From NCBI GenBank assembly GCA_051942245.1, contig JAVECL010000006.1, positions 114,134 to 134,133 of the forward strand: DNA of 20,000 nucleotides, in the 5' to 3' direction. Shown here piece by piece: positions 9,964 through 19,993 of the stretch. Origin of the DNA: Trypethelium eluteriae (lineage: Eukaryota). Below the pieces are notes generated by a model, which saw nothing but the letters and a program-made list of their open reading frames with translations, had not been told where the DNA came from and ran no database searches. How positions within the stretch are numbered: position 1 is the first letter of the stretch; each line of letters opens with the position of its first letter. A program made the translations under genes and the position numbers.

Positions 9964-12031
9964 CTAGTACAGCAACGGATCACGACGCTTGACTCTCAAT
10001 GTCCAGCCGCACACCAGATGAAGTCCATGGCAATCATCAGCCCAAGGTGCCGGGTGAGCCTGCCACCTTTTCTGTATGAAGTACGGCCAAATATGGGTTT
10101 TGCTCGCCACGGAATCTAGGAGTGGATCAAGACTGCCCGTTTCGAGCTCTGCTTGGTTTCTGACTGCAGATGATGCAGGACCGAACCATTTTGTCCCCTC
10201 CTGCGGGGCTGTTGCGCACAAACCCAAAATCCAACTGGAGTTATTGTTCTCAAGCATAGAACTCTATGGACTCCCGCCAGCACCTACTGTGTAATACATT
10301 GTTTGAATCGCAAAATTGAACGCTGAAAAAACGTGTTAGTTCATATTGCTCCCATATAAAGGTATCGACCACAACGTGAGGTTGAGTATGGAAAGTGATC
10401 GCATCAAGTCGTGCTTGTGTCCGCAACTCCGCATTTGTAGTCTCTACCTGACAAGCTGAGCTTCCGTGTGTCCGTCGATAAGGAGAACTGAGGCATCTCA
10501 TCATGATGGTGCGTGACTTCTTCTCTAGGAGTCCCCGAAAAACGTCCGAGAAAAGACAAAATGAATACTCCGCGGAGATGACAGTTGCATGAGTGTGTAA
10601 GGTTGAGTACTGCTCCCGTACGTTTCGTTTACTCGTCGATTTGCCTTCAAGCAAACTCCACAGTCAGAAGATCAGTGGCTTGGTCCAGTGGCTCGTCAAC
10701 AACTGTTGTGCTTCTATCGTCTGCTAGCTCATACTCTAGAGTCTAGCACGTTTATTGGACGTTGCAACCTCTTGTCATGCCCGACAGTAGACCGTGAGTT
10801 CTCATGCAGCATGTGTGCGTCTTCTTCCAACACTGTGGTGCTACCTGCTTCGCGACGGAGGTGTTGACAGAGTGCGGTGTCGGAGGCATACGGTGGACTG
10901 CTGAGTGGTCGTGTTGTAGTTCGAATCGTTCGCACTCTGGTGGGATCAAGGGAGTAGAGACGATGTACCCGCATGGCAGCTACACCACCAGTAGGTCAAG
11001 GTCAGTCAAAGCGCAAAAGGAAAGGACGTCAAAGGGGTGAACGATGTAAAAAAGACGTGTAGTGGAAACCTAACTTGGGTTGTCACAGGTGGCCTGCAAG
11101 CCGCTGTCCTAGTGAAAGCGTACATGCGGAGTCAAGTCCTCAGCGGAACGGCGGCGGTGTCGACGAAGGAGTGTTTAAAGCTCATCGTATTCTGCCTAGT
11201 CGAGTTGCTGCTGACTGCGAAGCCTTTCCACCGTTAGCATTGATGTCGTAAAGAGAGTATGCGTTCGGCAAGAGTGCACAGAAAGAGGCTGTAAGGGATC
11301 TGAGCGTACAATCTCGACTGCCCGTTCCAGTCGTTGTCGCTATCGCTATTCGGACACGTAATGAACGCACTTCGCTTCATACACCCAGATACTGCACAAG
11401 GGAACCAGACTGAGTCTGTAAACGGGACGAGTTTGTGTTGTTTGTGCTTGTTCCGAAAGATTGTCATTGTCGTGGGATCTCCGTTGATGGATGAGTATAT
11501 GGCTGTAGTAGGGTATGGAAATTGTAAACGCAATAGAAGTAACCCATTGGCAAAATAGCAAGTTTGGCAGTGACGCGGGAGTATCATCATGGCAAGAAAG
11601 TTTCTTTGTCAAGAAGCGTAGTACTACTACCTATAGTTTATGTATGGTTTGGGGGTGATGAAGCGCGCCTGATTATGAGTTTGTAGATCCGACTTTGCTG
11701 AGAATGTTCTGAAATGACAACAGCACCCTCACTAACACGCATCCGATTATTGCAGTTATCCGAGAGGCTGCAGTCATGGGGAAGAGAAGAGGCACGCAGT
11801 CTTAAGGTTTGTAAGGGGAGTGCCGCAAAGGAAGAGATCTGTAGAGTCAAAGATAAACACTGCTGCAACCCTCGGAGGGATCCTGTGGTAGTTGTTGTGC
11901 GCCAGGACTGGAGAGAAAGTTATTGACTGACTTGGCTGTGCACATCATTCTTGCCACAGCCAAACGAGTCGCTTTTGTGTCAACTCTTCGTATCGCCCGC
12001 CCTAGATCTGAGCGCCCGACATCAGTTTGGC

Positions 12032-12875
12032 TTATTTAACGTTTTTTGGCTGTGGCAGGAGTCGTTTCACGTTTTCGAATGCAGTGCAAGTGTACTCGAC
12101 GCCGTCGTCATCTAGGCCAAGTTTTCTGGCAGTAGAAGCACCGAAGCCTTTGAGGTAGGCAAGATGAGTTCTTTCAAGGAACGGCCCTTTAAATGCTAAT
12201 GACAGTAGTCAGAAGTTGAGTAACAGAGGTCGCGTTACGGGGAGCTACTCGCTATTGCAGGTGATGGATCGAATCAGTTCTGAGCTTGAACATACCTTAA
12301 TACTTCGACTCTGAAGAGCTTTCCAGATCTGCACATAAAGTTGCACCGGCGATGTTCATCAGGACCTGGATTCAAGTCTGAAATTGAACTTGGCGAGCTT
12401 TGGAAAGCATCTGATTCGGTTTGACTCGCGCGCAGAAAGCGTCGTCCGTCGATATATCTCCGATATGAGCCATGAAAAGCCTTCACCAGGTCCTTTCCAA
12501 CCGGGCAACTCGAGTAAACTCCGGAGAGCAATTGGACGCAGTCTTGTCGGACAATGCTTGGAAGCTTGGCAAAAAGACAGATATCCAGCATTATTCAAGT
12601 GAGAGTCGTCAAGAGCTTTCCACTGCTTCGGGATCTCCAGCGCATTCTCGAGCGTGTAGTATGCATTTTAGGTCCACCGAAACAGCGCGGATATGAGTAG
12701 GACTGGTTCTTGGGATAGGGCTTCAGAGGCCCTATGGATAATTTTGGAAAGGGATGATTGAACCTGTAATGGTCAGCAAGTTTGCTCGAATGGTGACTGT
12801 GAGTCGTACCGTGTTCTTGAATTGTTAGTCTAACAGCGTTCCAATTGCCTAGGAAGGTCTAACGCCTGAGGTTCG
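12032..12875 (-). pseudogene. Degenerate spliced gene of unknown function
   Basis: Canonical short intron on minus (GTACGA at 12809...GCTGAC...CAG at 12764). It is flanked by protein-like reading AIGTLLD*QFKNT|VQSSLSKIIHRASEALSQEPVLLISALFRWT*NAYYTLENALEIPKQWKALDDSHLNNAGYLSFCQ...LLELPGWKGPGEGFSWLISEIYRRTTL...VQLYVQIWKALQSRS. After apparent frameshifts it ends AFKGPFLERTHLAYLKGFGASTARKLGLDDDGVEYTCTAFENVKRLLPQPKNVK-stop. Family not identified. Confidence 0.5.
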
Positions 12876-13158
12876 CTTGTTTTGCACATTAGCTAGCGGA
12901 AGGCATGCTAATCGAGCCAAGTACAGATCGTATCGTGCATTGTCTTGCTTTCGAAGCTAGAGGAGCATCTGTGTGGGCCATGTCTAGAATGACTAAGGTC
13001 GGAATCTTGATAATGCTGTCACGGGAATGCGTGACGTCGTAAATGCAATCCAGGCATGTACCTTGCAGTTCCCTCGAGTTCATGGGACGACCTGACTATC
13101 GCCCGGCGCTTGCCGCTGGGGCTCAGAATGCTTACCTAATATTTTGCGATGGAGCAGC

Positions 13159-14577
13159 AGGGGTTGACAGAATTCATGGACCACCGAATTAATGCCGAAA
13201 TGGCTATATTTTCTACCATAGGCTGCTGTGGATGCGCGCACCACCTGTTTCTGCTAGTGATTTACATCTAGAAGGCATTTCTGAGATTCGCTTTTGAATC
13301 TCTTCCATAGTAATTTTGCTCCATTCGTCCTGCAGTGCTGCTTTCAGCTCATCAATAGTAGTCCACACCCGTTTTCGAACGCGCTGCTTTATAATAGCCC
13401 AAATTGCCTTAATTGGATTCAAATCAGGGCTCTAAGCAGGGTGTTCGAATTCAGGAATCCAATTAGCCTCTCGGAGCTTCTTTGCTAGGCCGTTTCCTTT
13501 CTTTCCATGGCTCGAATCGCCGTCTTACTGCAACCACACAGCTTCAGGCAACGTTCGCGAATTAAGGCGTTCTTGATTGATAGCATCAATAAACTGAGGC
13601 AGTATATTATCGCAGTAGTACTTCTGACTCATTAAATTGCCCTTTGGTTTAACCTCCTGCGCCCTAGGCTTTGCTGCTTCCCATGCTTCAACCTCTTCAA
13701 GATATTGACTCTCAGGCTTATATTTGGACCTTCTGGGCTTTGGTGGAGGCTTAGGCTGCTCCTCATGTTCTTCCTCATCATTGTAGAAGGTGAGAAATTC
13801 AGCTTTCGCCCACCAATTAATCCATCCAGACCAGTGAACTTGGTTGCCTTTGAGATCAGATCGTTCTTGAATATTATCAGCCTTATAACGTGATCCTTGC
13901 TTTTGTATAATTCGCTGACGGCCCTAAGCAGCTGGATCAAAGTGTGCTTCGTCTGTATAATAGATATATACCCATAGTTGCTCTATTGAATAATATTAAT
14001 ATTTTTCACCAAAAAGAGCTCTAGCAAGCCGATTTTTTAAAGATATTGGTTTTGAGTAATGCTGTATGTAGTGACCAACGTTCTTACTCTCTTGTAAATA
14101 TCTCTGAAGCGTACGAGTCGAAATGGGGAGCTGGTGGTGCGTAATTTGAGCTTCAATTGGAAGGTGTCGAACAGGGTTTTTTGACAGCGAAGCAAGAACG
14201 TTAAGATAGTCCAAATCAATCTTTGTATCTCTACCAAGCTTCTCTGAGGCTGGACAAATTCGCCTGTAAGCTTTAAGGCCAAATCTATCGCGTTCGTGGA
14301 GCCAGCGCGTTGCAGTAGTTCTAGGGATGCCAATTCGGTCGCAGAAGACGCATTTTGATTCAGTAGGCGATTTCTCATCGTAAAGCTGGTAAAATCGTGT
14401 TTTTTTTAGTAGTGTCTAATTCAGCTCGTTTTGGTGAACAATTTGGTGTAACAGCCCTATTAGTTTGACGTGTGGAAGGCGCCATATTCGTTGTTGAAGC
14501 TGGAGGTGGATTTGTTGTTTTGGTGTTGTTCCCGCTTCGGGCTGAAAAGGGGTGGTCCGTGAATTCTGTCAACCCCT
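13159..14577 (-). mobile_element. Degenerate IS630-Tc1-mariner DNA transposon (~1.42 kb) with 27-bp TIRs
   Basis: TIRs AGGGGTTGACAGAATTCA(T/C)GGACCACC at 13159-13185 and 14551-14577 (one mismatch) enclose a DDE transposase remnant. Confidence 0.92.
13213..14485 (-). pseudogene. Tc1-like DDE transposase pseudogene (DD37E spacing)
   Basis: ATG at 14485 (MAPSTRQ...) with a frameshift in the A8 run at 14400-14407. HTH-like segments IGIPRTTATRWL and ISTRTLQRYL. Catalytic motifs YTDEAHF, WLQ*DGDSSHG and HPA*SPDLNPIKAIWAIIKQRV (catalytic E changed to K). C-terminus LKAALQDEWSKITMEEIQKRISEMPSRC. Four in-frame stops. Confidence 0.92.
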
Positions 14578-14954
14578 CTTGGAGGACTCTACGACCATTG
14601 ACCTAACTCAATCCTTTTCCCACCCATGCGCCTCCGAACCCTGCAGCGCAACTCTTTCATGCTTTTACGTCCCCAGTCAAGCCCTTCTTCCTGGAGACAA
14701 AATATAAGCATAGGAACATCGCCGTCAAGTGAATGGAGAGGAAGCATCGGCATACTGACAAAACGCTGGCAGTCGCTGCATGATCCTTGATAAGTTTGAA
14801 TAGCTATAAATTGAAGGGGAAGAATCTGCTAACAGATTGAAAAGAGCACTCAGGTACTATACAGGTTTATTTCCATTTTTCGTCTCGTAGTGCACAATAG
14901 CCTTCGTTTCTCCTACTCGACCACGACAATCACGAAAGAGATGGATACATCCCG

Positions 14955-16038
14955 ATGTTATCTGAATACCTATCTGAGGTATTTGCAGGCTCTTCGGTTG
15001 CAATGTGCCCGCCGATGAGAATTACTGTAGCGAGGGAATAGAGGATATACATGATATTGGGGCACGCCAAGAAGCATGGCCTCCCAATGCCACCTCTCAC
15101 AATTGCCCGCAACATCGAGCCTGGGATGGAAAAGCCGAAATTTCAGCCGAATCTCACTGGGAAAGCACTTCCCAGTGAACGCAAAATTGGAGTGTTTCGA
15201 CGAATTCTTGATGAAGCTCTTACAGCTGATCTTCCCCTCCCCAATCCTGACGACACTGTCAATTCGTTCCTCTTCGCTCTGGGTGAGGCCCCTGTAGCAG
15301 CACGCATACGATGTTAGCGTCGTGCTACATACGATACCTCTTCACGCCCAGCCGGGGAAAGGCTGGCGATCCTCACCGCTGGTATAGCGGGAGTCCATGC
15401 GAGAGAGGAACTACAGCACGAAGACGACGCCGTGCGATAGGCTGCTGGGCATGCCTACAACGTATACAACAAGATCGCAGATGAACACGTGGAATATGCA
15501 ATGAGAGATCTGCCGGAAGGCTACAAGAGGGTCTCAAACATCGAAACCCTGGATTAAGCAACTAAAGCAGTGGAGAACAAAGTGGCAACATGAAATTCTT
15601 ACAGCGTACCTCTTTGATGCAGTGAAAGCTTTTATGGCCGTCGTGGGATATACGCGACTGAATGGTCTTCTAGATGGAAGACGCCTTGAGCTGTGGGCTA
15701 CGATTTTCGATGGAAATCCCGCAATCATCTCAGAGCTCATGCACGCACCAATCAAAGACTACACGATCGTCGTCGGCATCTGGTACGCTCCTGACACGGA
15801 TGTGCTCACCAAGCCTAAAGCTTGGTTGAAGCTCAAATTCACCAACGCAGCAGAGTGGACATGGAGGTACCGAGTCAATATCAACCCCATCCACGAGAAA
15901 ATATACGGAACTGCATTTTTAAGCTCTGGAGACTGCTACCATTTGAACCCCCAACGAGCGTACTGGGTATACACAACCTTTCTGACGTACCTGTGCATCG
16001 AGTATTCTCTTGCAATTCTTCAGAGTGTTCTGAAATGA
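14955..16038 (+). pseudogene. Degenerate intron-poor hypothetical gene
   Basis: One frame from ATG 14955 reads through four TAG/TAA stops to ~15590 and includes ORF 15051-15317. It then shifts frame into the stop-free ORF ending at 16038 (EILTAYLFDAVKAFMAVVGY...KPKAWLKLKF...WRYRVNINP). No recognisable domain. Confidence 0.4.
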
Positions 16039-16605
16039 TTTCCGGTCTGTCCTCAGTTCATTCTCTTTATCATCAAGCCCAGCTACATCATGCGTGAGGA
16101 GCCGGGAATCTTGTGGGCCTTCATTACCTCGCCTGGAATTTTCAGGAATAAATTGGGGACCCCCCGAATTTCGTGGAGGCGAAATACTAGGATTGCGATC
16201 CGCAGGCCATTGTCTTTGAACATGCGTTCGGATCTCTTCCTCTACGGCTGCCATATCTTCTTGATGCGGAGCTGAATTCAATTGGAGATCCCCTCGGATA
16301 TATTTAATCTGCTCGTGGATTCGGCAAATCATTTGCTATCTTTCTGCTGTCCTTGTCTTCTTATCTATAACTCCTTTCTCGAGGATCTTAGAGATGCAGA
16401 TTGAATTTTCCAGAGTTGCGTGCTTCAGCGGCGCTGAAAGTGGGTTCCCTTCAAGCTCGGTCCTACTCGCAGTAGAACATTCTCGCAGTGTCTCCCTCAC
16501 ATCCCATGGTCTCTGTTTGCTTGTCATCTTGGCGGGCCTGTCTGGTGTTCTTTGTCCGACACGCGCTTCATGAAGAAACGCGGTTCCAGACACGCGAAAT
16601 CTCAT
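15919..16605 (-). pseudogene. Hypothetical gene interrupted by a single TAG
   Basis: ORFs 16336-16605 and 15919-16332 share a frame and are separated only by TAG plus one codon (...RTAER*QMICRIHEQ...). The product is hydrophilic and partly helical. Confidence 0.4.
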
Positions 16606-16741
16606 GACTTACGAACCAAGTCAGAGTGGCCTCCAGCACTTCTGTTGGACAGTCTGCAGCCATTTATAAATGCACATTTTTACAGGTGAAGACGTTTCCA
16701 TAGCATTCCTATCTTGACATTACTTAAGGTAAATTGAGTAA

Positions 16742-18441
16742 TTATGTGTTGGGCGGGGTACTGAGCACAGCATCGCTCGCCGCAGCATTGCTCGCCGCAA
16801 CATTGCCGATCGACTCAATGTTCTGCTGCCTCCCCTCCTCGTCCTCCGTTGCGTTTGCTAGCACTGCAGTATCTTCTGATATAAAGAGAATACATTGTCT
16901 CCCGCTGGACACGCAACTGTCGCAGCCCCCCTCCTGTCCGTCCAGCTAACTTTGTCAGCCGTGATATTCTTGATCACTTGTCCGTAGGGGCAATTGGTAC
17001 GGCCGGCGAGGTTGAATTTGATGCTGCTTTTGCGTTGCCTCTTGCTGGCTGCCTTGGCCAGTAACGCCCTCGACGCCTCGTTTAGGACTGAGTCGCCCAT
17101 AGGCTCTTCCTGCAGGCTTACTCGGAACCGCAGTCCTTGACTTTCGATTTGGTCTGGTTCAATTGTCGCAGTGCGCCTCGACCTCTGGTAACCTTCTAGC
17201 AGTTTTTCTGCATTCGTTCGCTTTGATGCCGTGTTTGGCATCTCTCCGCCAGCTCGCATAACCCGGCCTTCTTGGTCTCGGTGTATATCGCCGGCCTCCT
17301 GACGTGCTTTTCATAATTCTTCCTCGGCTTCTCGTCTCCTCCTTCTTTCCTCATGCAGTTCTCTCTGGAAATTATCGCTTGCTGCTTGCACCTCACGGAG
17401 CATCTCAACAGTTCCATGGATTTTCTTATCCTTCTCCACAGTTTCACAGCGTAGATGGTGCAGGGCCGCCGACATCTTTTGCTCGGCCTCGCGCTCCTGA
17501 ATCTCAAGTTTGCTTTTCATCTGCTCCTCACTTTCGACAGATGCTTACAATGTCACTTTTTCCACAGCAACAGTGGACTTCAGGGAATTGGTCTTCTCAA
17601 TAACGGTCTTCATTGCTCTTGCGAGATTGTGGATGTCGGAAATGATTTTCATCGTCATCTCGTCAGTCGACCCAAGATTATGTTGAAGTCGACCGATCGT
17701 GAGCATGAGCTCGATGGTGTTGTTGTAGGAGTGCCCCATTTCGCTTTACTACCTCGACTCTAATGGTATCGCTTTATCAAGCAAGATATGGATGATAGTT
17801 TAGGTATCGTTTGCTTTGGCGAATGCTTTCTCGCACGATGTACTTCGGAGGCTCCTCTTCGCTGTTGGAGTTGAGAGCTCAATGGTTGTTTGTCCAGCAG
17901 CGACAGTCGCAGCCCCCAAACCGAAAGAATCCCGAGTCCCATGATTTTCTGCCCACATCTTCAGCATCAACGCCATTCTGAGACAATTTAGATCTGCTCC
18001 ACGCATAGCTTCACTTCCTTGCCGATCGTAGAAGTCGTTGGAGTAGGCGATCCGGGCTAGATCGTCTTCCTTGCACCCATCAGAGTCCAAGGCAAGCTGG
18101 ATTGCTCTCGCAAGACATCCATACGCGCCAAGGACAGTCTTGCGGACGGCCGTCTTGACTACTCCAGTCTTTTCAAACTCCGTGAAGCGAGCGATGACAA
18201 GATCTGTATCAGTCGGAGCCTTGTGGTCGTAAACTGACATGATGGCGTTTGCTGCAGTTTCAAGATTGCGGTGTTCCTCCTGCAGGCCCGTTTCGGCAAA
18301 CCCCTCAGAAATGGCCTTAAAAGCCTGGTCCACAGTCTCGCGAGCGCTTTCGATGTCGGCTTCATCGCTAGTAAGATTGTTCTTGATGTTTGCCAGGGCG
18401 CCCATACTCGCAATGAGGCAATCGCGCGTGAGATCAACCAT
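16742..18441 (-). pseudogene. Degenerate intronless gene for a helical/coiled-coil protein of ~560 aa
   Basis: ORFs 17800-18441, 17545-17739, 17311-17520 and 16858-17259 share one frame. They are joined by short in-frame linkers containing only TAA, TAG-TAA, TAA and TGA stops. Coiled-coil-like stretch KLEIQEREAEQKM...ELHEERRRRREAEEEL. The 3' end probably shifts frame into SEDTAVLANATEDEEGRQQ...PPNT-stop, so the end coordinate is uncertain. Confidence 0.65.
16768..16806. repeat. Short tandem repeat, 15-bp unit x ~2.6
   Basis: CAGCATCGCTCGCCG CAGCATTGCTCGCCG CAACATTGC. The unit is a multiple of 3 and reads NVAAS-NAAAS-DA on minus. Confidence 0.75.
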
Positions 18442-19062
18442 CTAATATCTTTAGATGGCGAACGGATTGAGATAATGTCGGAAGGACGTTACCGTATCGG
18501 TGGATGTTCGAAGGTGGATGGTACCTAGGTATGCAATGTATTAGCGTAGATGGGCACTGTGAAGATGAGCCTACCTAGTAGTTGAGCGGGGCGAGCCACC
18601 TGCCCCTGCATTGATGCACGTGACTCAGATTACACCTCCAGCTCTAATGCGGAATCTTCTCACTGTCTTTCGTCTTCCATAGAACTTTTTGCTCAATTGC
18701 CGCGATTCTACAGGCGCCTACAGCGCATTCAGAATCTTCGTAAATAGAAACGAGATTGTTCATGGGGCTTCCGATAATGTGAAACTGCCCTGGACTACTT
18801 ACTGCAATTCTGTCAACCTAAGCCTCGTTCAAATACAGCCTTTAAAAATATGTAGCTGTTTATGTCTACGTAATAGCTCGTCCTTGAGGTTGGGCTCGCT
18901 CAGGAAGGTCACAGAAGTCTGGGTGCTCCTAACACAATATCCCCAGAACAATTGCTGAATCGGCTTCGCATGCTCGAGTAATATTTGAAGACTGTTCCGA
19001 GCAGGTTCTCATTCGTCCGTTAAATACATTGAAGTTCCCCTCCCTTCTCGTAATTCATCAAA

Positions 19063-19993
19063 TCATCCACCTGTATTGAAGTCCTTAAGCTCCGGTAGTT
19101 CTTTCATTAGCTCTATGTACTTGTCGGGCCAGTTGTCCAGATCGTCCAATTGGCGGAGCTCCTCAAGTGCTCGTTCTTGCCTCTGAAAAACTCCTGCCAT
19201 TGCTGAATCTCTCTCCGACGTTGCCTGCGCTAACTCCACATCAAGTCGCGCCAGTTCTTGGTCTAGTTTCTCAAGCTTCAGCCTCTTCTCCATAATCTCG
19301 TCGACCTGCCGCCTTTCTTCCCTCTGCTGATCATGGAAAATAGGGCCGACTGTGCACCAGCTCCCCAAGCTGGTCGTATGCCCAGATTGGGACATTTCTG
19401 ACACTCTCACACGAGAACCCTCTGCAAGTTCCGTTGAAGCCCCCCAAATGGACGTAGGCCATAGCAAATTGGGAAAGGATGTGTTCCATTGGGGCAGCTT
19501 GATCTCGGTCGAATGCTTCAAAGAGTACAACGAACTCCATGTAAAGCTGGTCATCGCCAAAGATCTTCATGCAGATGGCTTCAATAAGATTCATGAGGGG
19601 ACTGGAATTCATATGCTGTTGATGGTTTGTCCGCCTTTTCTGAGCATCGTAAGTATATCCCACACGCGCTGGACACCAGGGAAGGAAGTCATTCTTGTTC
19701 TCCATGGCCTCGACGCGAGTCTCTGCGGCCTTTCTCCAAGTCTTCAACAGATTCAAACCCTCTGGGTCTTGTACATATCTTCGGCCTCCTCTTCGATACA
19801 GGTCGCTATTCAACCAGTCGTTCTTTCCAGCCTTTACCACTTTATCAATTGATGTGGCAAACTGCTCGATTTCTTGTTGCACGTCGGGAAGTGCCTCGTC
19901 GAAATTGCGTTGACCTCGGGCCTTGGTGTAACGTTTACAGGCCTCGATCTCCCATTGGCGGGAAACCATCCTTGTTGACAAGAAATATCCCAT
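19063..19993 (-). pseudogene. Frameshifted hypothetical gene: candidate GIY-YIG-like nuclease domain plus C-terminal coiled coil; may begin beyond the right edge
   Basis: ORF 19331-19993 contains VGYTYDAQKRRTNHQQH...QAAPMEHILSQFAMAYVHLGGFN. Deleting one base from the A4 run at 19337-19340 fuses it (SRPYF|HDQQREERRQ) to the coiled-coil tail of ORF 19063-19560 (LKLEKLDQELARLDVELAQA). An in-frame TGA sits two codons upstream of ATG 19993. Confidence 0.6.

Noticed and set aside
14400..14407. A8 run in the transposase as a programmed frameshift site
   Set aside because: The needed shift is +1 in an element with several other lesions; homopolymer slippage is simpler.
18617..18627. Overlapping CACGTGAC / TGACTCA motifs upstream of the 18441 ORF
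   Set aside because: Plausible bHLH and Gcn4/CpcA-type sites, but too short to support alone.
18679..18981. Possible RIP-damaged plus-strand gene (ATA start, ELFAQLPRFYRRLQ...LLNRLRMLE)
   Set aside because: Five internal stops in 101 codons is about what non-coding DNA gives; cannot be supported without a homolog.
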